Shown here: piece after piece, positions 39,747 to 46,368 of the stretch | Position numbering within the stretch: the stretch's first letter is position 1 | Layout of the letters: each line of letters begins with the position of its first letter | Source of the DNA: Bacteroidales bacterium | GTDB lineage: Bacteria > Bacteroidota > Bacteroidia > Bacteroidales > VadinHA17 | Direction: 5' to 3' | DNA length: 64,000 nt | NCBI GenBank assembly: GCA_034679225.1 | Contig: JAXDBC010000094.1 | Coordinates: 960 to 64,959, forward strand | Position numbers and translations under genes: made by a program | The notes under the pieces: generated by a model | Seen by the model: the letters and a program-made list of their open reading frames with translations, nothing else | Told to the model about the DNA's origin: nothing | Databases searched by the model: none

Positions 39747-39882
39747 ACAATACCAACACCAATAACAACATGAAACCCACATGTATCAAATACACAAACA
39801 CGTATGAATATAATTTTCAAACATGTGGGTTCCCCCGCTTGAGCGGGACAGGCGATCATACCATTAAAATCAAAATTATATT

Positions 39883-40971
39883 ATGAAAACAAAGGCTGCA
39901 TTTCTTAAAACAATCCTGCTGATCATTATGTCAGCAACTTTCACGGGACTATGGGCTCAGCCAAGTACCGCCGATCCCGATCATGCCTGCTTAAACTCCA
40001 CGGAGGACTACTGGGTTACCAACACCCCCGGATCGACCTATAACTGGGTACTCTCGGGAGGGGGTACAATCACCCAGGGGCAGGGTTCAAGCGCTATCCG
40101 GATCAACTGGACGACAACCGGAACATTCACCCTGACGGTAACAGAGACACTGGCAAGCACAAGCAATTGTACCGGAGCTCCGGTCACTCTGAACATTATC
40201 GTCAATCCGCTGCCGGTTCCAACAGCCACTGCCAACTCACCGTTCACAGGAGGTGAGCTGAACCTTATCGGAGGACCGGACGGAATGGCCTCGTATGCCT
40301 GGACAGGACCAAACGGCTTCAGTTCTACAGAACAGAATCCTGTTATTACAGGTGTTACTGATGCTGCTGCCGGAACATATACCCTGACGGTAACAAATTC
40401 TGCCGGATGTTCAGCCTCAACAACAGTAGATGTTACTATCAACACGGTTGATCTTCCCACAGCGGTAGCCAATACTCCATGCGTCGGAGGCGATCTTACC
40501 CTGATCGGAGGACCTTCAGGCATGGCAAGCTATTCCTGGACAGGACCAAACGGCTTCACTTCTACAGAACAGAATCCTGTTATTACAGGTGTGACGGCTG
40601 CGGCTGCCGGAACCTATACCCTGACAATTACGAATGCAGGCGGAGGCACTGCATCGACAACGGTTGATGTTGTTATCAATCCTTTGCCGTCTCCTGTAAT
40701 AACCGGAGCGAACCCGGTTTGCCAGAGCACCGGTGGAAGCACCGAAATCTACAGTACACCTGCCAACGCCGGAAGTACATTTAACTGGACAGTCGTTGGA
40801 GGTACACTCAGCGGACAAGGCACTAACCAGATTGCTGTTCTTTGGACAACTCCGGGTGAAGGATCTGTCAGTGTCACCGAGACTGTGATAAGCACCGGAT
40901 GCACGGCAACGGCTACTATTGTAATAACCGTTCAGCCTGCTCCCGTAACAAGCGGTATTTATCATAATTAG
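39883..40971 (+). CDS. Secreted PKD/Ig-like repeat surface protein (no T9SS CTD; ends ...TSGIYHN)
   Basis: Signal peptide ending in WAQ. The layout is an N-terminal C..Y.V....STYNW module, two 79-aa tandem repeats, then a second copy of the N-terminal-type module. Confidence 0.7.
   Translation: MKTKAAFLKTILLIIMSATFTGLWAQPSTADPDHACLNSTEDYWVTNTPGSTYNWVLSGGGTITQGQGSSAIRINWTTTGTFTLTVTETLASTSNCTGAPVTLNIIVNPLPVPTATANSPFTGGELNLIGGPDGMASYAWTGPNGFSSTEQNPVITGVTDAAAGTYTLTVTNSAGCSASTTVDVTINTVDLPTAVANTPCVGGDLTLIGGPSGMASYSWTGPNGFTSTEQNPVITGVTAAAAGTYTLTITNAGGGTASTTVDVVINPLPSPVITGANPVCQSTGGSTEIYSTPANAGSTFNWTVVGGTLSGQGTNQIAVLWTTPGEGSVSVTETVISTGCTATATIVITVQPAPVTSGIYHN
40219..40692 (+). repeat. Intragenic tandem duplication, 2 x 237 bp (79-aa Ig-like module)
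   Basis: PTATANSPFTGGELNLIGGPDGMASYAWTGPNGFSSTEQNPVITGVT... aligns with PTAVANTPCVGGDLTLIGGPSGMASYSWTGPNGFTSTEQNPVITGVT.... There are long identical nucleotide runs. Confidence 0.85.
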
Positions 40972-41136
40972 ACTTTGGACAGGAGGTCTTTAAAGGAAGA
41001 ATTACTTAAACTACATTCTTGTGACTGTCTGAAAAACCGGCTTTTTCACCCTTATCCCCATGTGACTCAGTGGTTGGTGTTATCAAATAAGGTTTTTCAG
41101 ACAGCATCACGGGAATAACATAAAAGATCCTGACAC

Positions 41137-42048
41137 TTGCTCAAAAGGCATATCTATACTATCGCCTTTGGCATATTGCATTTTATCTGCCTCAGGTCAG
41201 CCGGCCAGATGACAATGCCCGATCATGTCTGCGCCGGACAGACAAAACATTACTACGTCAATCCCGGCCGGCTTACAGCTTCAACTTATACATGGTGGAT
41301 TGACGACAGGATCGTACCCGGAACGAATACCGCTGAATTATTCCATTCCTGGGATTCATCAGGGACACACCTGCTCGAAGTGCAGGAAACCTCTCCCAAT
41401 GGTTGTACGGGGCTGAAAATATCCGGACTGGTACTGGTAATTCCCCGACCTGAAATTCAAATCACTGTAAGCGACACCTTACTTTGTAACGGAGAGCATG
41501 CGGTCATTCATGTTGAGAATCCTGCTGTCGTGAGCCGGGGAAAATGGATGTATGATCTTGATGTCGAAGCAGAGCCGGAAACATTCGGACATACCATAAG
41601 CAACACATATTCAAGTCCGGCTGATCTCTGTGAGATACTTTTCAACAGGGGCAGGGAAATGCGCAAGGTAGTCTACACATTCGTGCCATTTATTTTAAAT
41701 GATAAGGGAGAGCGCTGTTGTGAAGGGAAAGAAGTAAAGATTACTATATGGATTCATCCCGGATTCAGATGCGGGGAATATCTCTTGACTATCCCGAATG
41801 CTTTTTCCCCAAACGGAGACGGGATAAATGATGCCTGGAACATTATCGGGAAAGAATCCTTCCCCGGGATTGAAGTAACAATCTACAATCGCTGGGGGCA
41901 GACGGTATGGAAGTCAGCCAGGGGTTATCCCGATCCATGGGACGGCCGGAGCCGGGGAAAAGCCTTGCCGGTGGATTCTTATCATTACCTTATCGAGCTT
42001 CACGATGGGACAAGGTCAATAATAGGGAATGTGACGCTGGTAAGGTGA
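41137..42048 (+). CDS. T9SS type-B sorting (gliding-motility C-terminal) domain protein
   Basis: The TTG start gives a signal-like N-terminus. The N-module resembles that of the previous gene. The C-terminal NAFSPNGDGINDAWNI...IYNRWGQTVW...WDG...YHYLIEL...GNVTLVR is the type-B CTD pattern. Confidence 0.75.
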   Translation: MLKRHIYTIAFGILHFICLRSAGQMTMPDHVCAGQTKHYYVNPGRLTASTYTWWIDDRIVPGTNTAELFHSWDSSGTHLLEVQETSPNGCTGLKISGLVLVIPRPEIQITVSDTLLCNGEHAVIHVENPAVVSRGKWMYDLDVEAEPETFGHTISNTYSSPADLCEILFNRGREMRKVVYTFVPFILNDKGERCCEGKEVKITIWIHPGFRCGEYLLTIPNAFSPNGDGINDAWNIIGKESFPGIEVTIYNRWGQTVWKSARGYPDPWDGRSRGKALPVDSYHYLIELHDGTRSIIGNVTLVR

Positions 42049-42176
42049 AAGAGGATTTTGTCGTCTCCTGCTTTTTGTCTATCTTATCATGGATAATTTG
42101 CCGCAGTCATTTTCAGACAGGCAGACCTTCAGACTAATGGCAGAAGCGGCTTTGAATCAGTCAAAACCGGATAAAC

Positions 42177-42746
42177 TTGGAAACACAGATCCATATTCCC
42201 ATCCCCTTCCTTTTCAACCCGCTAAAACACTATCTTCCCTTTATCAGAAGTTTTGCAGCAAGCAGGTCGATGTCAGTCAACGATCTGCAGCTGAAGGATC
42301 TCACTAGGGAAATAAAGCATATCGGCTCATGCGTCATGGACATATACAAGGGCAGCCTTACAATAGATGAGATCTTCGATGAGGTCATCGAGTATCTGGA
42401 GAGTAAGCGTCTTTTATCACAGTCCGGTTATATGGCATGGACAGGAAAGGGCTTCAATGATTTCAGGATAATAACATTGTCAGACGACTCACGGTGGACA
42501 CTCAAATACCACGACAATGCCACCAGGTTCGTCCATATTTTTCCTGCACGATCTGGTCCGCACTCCTTCCGGACAAAGGCAAACACTCTGAAATCGGCCA
42601 TCCTTTACCTGGCAGTAATCGGAAAGGATTATGTAACAGATGCTGACCTTAATGCTGCACGGGCTCTGGCTGGATTGTCGCCTGTCGGTGATGTTGCCGA
42701 CGCTGAAGCCGTTACTGAAATGATAGAAATTATCAGGAGCTGCTGA
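42177..42746 (+). CDS. Hypothetical protein, no family recognised
   Basis: 189 aa from TTG 42177, or 158 aa from the first ATG at 42270. It is on the same strand as the HD-hydrolase gene and 99 nt upstream of it. Codon usage looks coding, and the antisense ORF 42489-43316 looks spurious. Confidence 0.5.
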   Translation: METQIHIPIPFLFNPLKHYLPFIRSFAASRSMSVNDLQLKDLTREIKHIGSCVMDIYKGSLTIDEIFDEVIEYLESKRLLSQSGYMAWTGKGFNDFRIITLSDDSRWTLKYHDNATRFVHIFPARSGPHSFRTKANTLKSAILYLAVIGKDYVTDADLNAARALAGLSPVGDVADAEAVTEMIEIIRSC

Positions 42747-42845
42747 TACGGACTCTACTATAACATGAACATTTCCTGAGTCTTGTGAAAAAATGCCTGC
42801 AGAATATTTTTTATTATATTTACGTTTCCAAATTTTGCCCGACAA

Positions 42846-43421
42846 ATGACCGAAACCGAAAAGATCAAAAGCCTTGTTCTTGCTCCCTATATAATAAAAG
42901 CCACCGCACTTATCGGCAAACAGAGAGGCGTTGGCGGAAACCAGTTCCGTCATGCTATGGCGACAATGGCAATACTTCTCGATTACAAGTTTTTCGATGA
43001 CCATATACTGCTCAAGGCTTCTGTCATACACGATTTGCTGGAAGATGTACCGGAGACCAACGTGTTCGAAATAAGGATTATCGAGGGGCAGGCCGATGAT
43101 GTCCTGGCTCTTGTAAAAGAAGTTACCAGACCTGCTGATATGCCAAAGGAACTTTACCTGAAAAATATTCTTGAAAACGGCTCCTACAGGGCAAAGGTCC
43201 TCAAATGCGCCGACAGGATATCCAACCTTACCGACCTTAATACCGACACTCACTCCGTAAAAAAGATAAATGAATATCTTGATCAGACCGAGAAATGGGT
43301 GCTGCCTATGGCTCAACAGGTGAATCAGGATATGTTCAGGGAGCTGTCGGATCTGATTATAAGCCGCAGAAAATATGCCAGATGCGCATCGGGATTAGAA
43401 CCGTATAAGGCTTCGGAATAG
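42846..43421 (+). CDS. Stand-alone RelA/SpoT-type HD-domain hydrolase (small alarmone hydrolase-like)
   Basis: 191 aa. The pattern RGVGGNQFRHAMATMAILL...ASVIHDLLEDVPET...LVKEVTR...KVLKCADRISNLTDL follows the (p)ppGpp-hydrolase HD domain (H...HD..ED...K.AD...N). There is no synthetase domain. Confidence 0.7.
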   Translation: MTETEKIKSLVLAPYIIKATALIGKQRGVGGNQFRHAMATMAILLDYKFFDDHILLKASVIHDLLEDVPETNVFEIRIIEGQADDVLALVKEVTRPADMPKELYLKNILENGSYRAKVLKCADRISNLTDLNTDTHSVKKINEYLDQTEKWVLPMAQQVNQDMFRELSDLIISRRKYARCASGLEPYKASE

Positions 43422-43539
43422 CACAGGGCACAGGGCACGGGGGGAAGAACGGCATGCGGCTCGTGGCATGCGGCACGCGGGCATAGGATGCAAGGCAAAG
43501 GATGCAGACAGGACAAAAGAGGATTGAAATCTAGAATGC
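43421..43539 (+). repeat. Degenerate G-rich heptad array at the 3' end of the HD-hydrolase gene
   Basis: It starts at the stop codon: GCACAGG GCACAGG GCACGGG..., then GGCATGC GGCTCGT GGCATGC GGCACGC GGGCATA GGATGCA AGGCAAA GGATGCA. The 7-nt periodicity decays over about 17 units. Confidence 0.7.
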
Positions 43540-43646
43540 AAAGCTGTACAAGCCAATACACAAACAAGGCTTGGCAAAAAGCCAAATTTTGCCAGATTTT
43601 TTCTTTACTGGTGTTTTTTTGATTTCCAAATTAAGTCATAAATTCC

Positions 43647-43654
43647 TATTTTTG
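43647..43654 (+). promoter_or_regulatory. -7 promoter box (TAnnTTTG) for the AbiEi-like gene
   Basis: TATTTTTG lies 19 nt upstream of ATG 43673 and overlaps one copy of the TTGGCAAAAA motif. Confidence 0.45.
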
Positions 43655-43672
43655 GCAAAAATTGGGTTTGTT

Positions 43673-44440
43673 ATGACCAGAGTTCTGGAGAATAAACTGA
43701 TTGAAAAATTCAAGAATAAGGATTTTTTTACACGCAAAGAACTCCTTCAATTCTACCGTTACTTCGAGCCTGAACTAAAAGAAGGGACTTTTGGGTGGAG
43801 AATCTATGACCTGAAAAACAGAAACATCATTAAGTCTCTTAAAAGAGGACTTTATGTAATCTCCTACAAACCCAAATACATACCGGACATCTCTCCCAAT
43901 CTCATTAAGATTGCGAAACAACTATCCGATAAGTTTGATGAAGTCAGACACTGTGTTTGGGAAACAATTTGGCTAAATGAATTTACGCAACACCAAATGA
44001 GCAAATCAACTTTGTTCATAGAAGTAGAAAAAGGATTTGAAGAATCAATATTCTATGCCTTAAAGGACAATTTGCATAGGGAGGTTTTTCTTAACCCGGA
44101 CGAAAAAGCCATCGATTTCTACATAGCTGAAAGCAATCAACCTGTCATCATAAAGAAACTACTTACAAGAGTGCCATTGATAAAACGAACTGAACAAAAG
44201 GTCAGGTTCTACACACCTACCCTTGAGAAGATTCTCGTTGACCTGTTTGCTGAAAAACTCCTGTTTCATTATCTGCAAGGCAGTGAACTGATACGCATTT
44301 ATGAGAATGCTCTCGGCAATTACACCATCAATTTCACCAAATTATTCAGCTATGCAAAAAGAAGGGAAAAAGAGTACGATATAAAACAGTTCATGACTAA
44401 TCATATGTTTCACATGGTGAAAGATATTGTTGATGATTAA
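43673..44440 (+). CDS. AbiEi-position putative antitoxin/regulator (possibly DUF6577-type; name from memory)
   Basis: 255 aa from ATG 43673. The N-terminal segment FFTRKELLQFYR...IKSLKRGLYVI resembles the AbiEi wHTH signature (RGxY). It overlaps the AbiEii-like gene by 8 nt. Confidence 0.55.
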   Translation: MTRVLENKLIEKFKNKDFFTRKELLQFYRYFEPELKEGTFGWRIYDLKNRNIIKSLKRGLYVISYKPKYIPDISPNLIKIAKQLSDKFDEVRHCVWETIWLNEFTQHQMSKSTLFIEVEKGFEESIFYALKDNLHREVFLNPDEKAIDFYIAESNQPVIIKKLLTRVPLIKRTEQKVRFYTPTLEKILVDLFAEKLLFHYLQGSELIRIYENALGNYTINFTKLFSYAKRREKEYDIKQFMTNHMFHMVKDIVDD

Positions 44441-45539
44441 GGAAAAGTGTTTTTCTGAGGAGTGGCTGGAACAGTTCAAAAGGCAAAAGTACCACAAAAG
44501 AATTGACAAGATCATTCTCGAAAAAATGATTTATGCTTTGCATTTGCTGGAAAGGCTCAAAGCAAATGGACTGGACTTCGTCATAAAAGGTGGAACCAGT
44601 TTGGTGCTCCTGCTCAAAGAAGGAACCCGATTCTCTATTGACATTGATATCATCTGTAAAGCAGAAAGAATATATCTTGAAGAAATCCTGAACAAGGTTA
44701 TCGAAACTTCCCGGTTTATGGATTGGAAATTGGATAATCACCGCAGCTATCAAGCAGGAGTACCTAAAGCTCATTACAAGTTTTCATTCGATACCAAACA
44801 GCAAGGTTCAGGAATGATCTTGTTGGATGTGCTAATCGAAGATTCGATTTACCCGGCACAAACTGAAATGCCTGTCAAAACAAAATGGATCGAAACAGAG
44901 GCAGAGACAATGGTCACGGTTCCAACCATAGATGCCATAACCGGTGACAAACTAACTGCCTTTGCTCCCAACACCATTGGCATACCGTATTTCAAAGGAA
45001 AAGACAAGCAACCCTTCTCAATGGAGATTTGTAAACAACTCTTCGATTTGAGCAAGTTGTTTGAGCATATCACAGATATTGAAATGGTAGCGAAAAGCTT
45101 TATAGCTTTTGCTGAAAAGGAAATCATCTACCGAAAAAATGACAATCCTGAATGTGAATTAACTCCTGAAAAGGTACTGCAAGACACAATTGGCACCTGT
45201 CTGATCATTGCTAAAAAAGGTGGCGGAACTAATGATGAGAAGCAAAAGTTTGCCGAATTACAAAAAGGAATCAGAGGCTTTAATTCGGGCTTCCTGATGT
45301 CGGGCAGTTTTCGTATTGATGATGCCGTAGCGGCAGCAGCTCGGATTGCATATATGGCTGCCAAAATCCTGGTAAACGATATGTCACCCATTGTCTACTA
45401 CAAAGGACAGGACATCAGAGGCTTGAACATCGAAGATCAAGATTGGAACTTTCTGAATAAGCTGAAAAAGCAACCGGATAAATCGTCCTTCTATTATTGG
45501 TATCAAACCACGCAAATAATAGGGAAGAAAGAAAATTAG
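44433..45539 (+). CDS. Nucleotidyltransferase AbiEii/AbiGii (DUF1814) family toxin-like protein
   Basis: The segment FVIKGGTSLVLLLKEGTRFSIDIDI is the AbiEii NTase signature (KGGT.L ... R.S.DIDf). About 368 aa from ATG 44433. Confidence 0.75.
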   Translation: MIKEKCFSEEWLEQFKRQKYHKRIDKIILEKMIYALHLLERLKANGLDFVIKGGTSLVLLLKEGTRFSIDIDIICKAERIYLEEILNKVIETSRFMDWKLDNHRSYQAGVPKAHYKFSFDTKQQGSGMILLDVLIEDSIYPAQTEMPVKTKWIETEAETMVTVPTIDAITGDKLTAFAPNTIGIPYFKGKDKQPFSMEICKQLFDLSKLFEHITDIEMVAKSFIAFAEKEIIYRKNDNPECELTPEKVLQDTIGTCLIIAKKGGGTNDEKQKFAELQKGIRGFNSGFLMSGSFRIDDAVAAAARIAYMAAKILVNDMSPIVYYKGQDIRGLNIEDQDWNFLNKLKKQPDKSSFYYWYQTTQIIGKKEN

Positions 45540-45593
45540 AAATAAAGTACGGATCCGAACCGGGAAATGCTTCTAAATGACACAAAACTCTAT

Positions 45594-45665
45594 GCACAGG
45601 GGGAAGAACGGCATGCGGCTTGCGGCGAAAGACGAAGAGACTGCAAGACTGCAAGACCGCAAGAC
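45594..45665 (+). repeat. G-rich repeat block 3' of the AbiEii-like gene (27-mer shared with 43435-43461, then GACTGCAA-type octamers)
   Basis: GCACAGGGGGAAGAACGGCATGCGGCT is 26/27 identical to 43435-43461. It is followed by GACTGCAA GACTGCAA GACCGCAA GACC. Confidence 0.85.
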
Positions 45666-45762
45666 CATATAATGATTACACATAGAAACTACCATGTCGC
45701 GTTGGCACAATGTTTGTTGCTAAATGTCTGAGATTTTAATCTGCTTAATCCTGAGGATACTG

Positions 45763-46311
45763 ATGAAATATACAACCATAACCGTATTATTCTTTTTATC
45801 ACTATTGGGTTGTACAAAAGATGGTTGCAGTAAGATATTACTGCTTAAGGTTGACTATATGACAAATACATTCGAGGGAGGACATGAACAGATTTTATCG
45901 AAAGGAATATCCCATTCTGATACAATTCCGATTATCGTTGAATACGCTCCTCCGGGAGATTTTGGTAATATCAGGTTAATCTATAAACCAGGCTCAGAAA
46001 CAATTTTCGATGGCTCGATTATCTGGGGGGGAACCGGTAAAATCTCATATCCCAAATCATTTTATGACCCCGGTAATTATCCGAAACTTTCATATCAGAT
46101 AAACTTCCCCGATAGTTCACGAATACAATACTTAGATTATTTCTCGCCCAGGAATTTGGATTACTCAAATATCTGGCAATCAATAAATAATCTTGAAATA
46201 GTTTCAGAATATCTTAGCAGTCAAAAAAAGATAGTGTTTTTCCTTTATATGCCAGGTGTAGGTGTCGGTGATCCAAATACCTGGGATTGGTTTGTAATAT
46301 TCAATAAATAA
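45763..46311 (+). CDS. Hypothetical lipoprotein
   Basis: Signal and lipobox MKYTTITVLFFLSLLGC at ATG 45763. AT-rich by eye. No family recognised. Confidence 0.55.
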   Translation: MKYTTITVLFFLSLLGCTKDGCSKILLLKVDYMTNTFEGGHEQILSKGISHSDTIPIIVEYAPPGDFGNIRLIYKPGSETIFDGSIIWGGTGKISYPKSFYDPGNYPKLSYQINFPDSSRIQYLDYFSPRNLDYSNIWQSINNLEIVSEYLSSQKKIVFFLYMPGVGVGDPNTWDWFVIFNK

Positions 46312-46368
46312 AAACGTAGTCTGCAAACAAGTTGGCAATAATCAAGAATTTCCAGCAATATTAGCATC

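Noticed and set aside
41025-41104. Invertible promoter switch flanked by the 14-bp inverted repeat
   Set aside because: The 52-nt spacer contains no TAnnTTTG box on either strand, and no site-specific recombinase gene is nearby. The element is kept only as a structural observation.
40969-41139. Stop-codon read-through or frameshift joining surface-protein genes 2 and 3, which are in the same reading frame
   Set aside because: Three in-frame stops (TAG 40969, TAA 41116, TGA 41131) separate them. Gene 3 also has its own signal-peptide-like N-terminus.
42489-43316. 275-aa minus-strand ORF spanning the unknown gene and the HD-hydrolase gene
   Set aside because: It is antisense to two ORFs with recognisable or plausible coding character. 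Its own sequence is low-complexity with no motif, and it bridges an intergenic gap. I treat it as a shadow ORF.
43325-43585. Minus-strand ORFs 43325-43585, 43395-43577 and 45415-45654, which share a PHAVLPPV peptide
   Set aside because: The shared peptide is the translation of the 27-bp direct repeat and heptad arrays. The ORFs are confined to repeat DNA.
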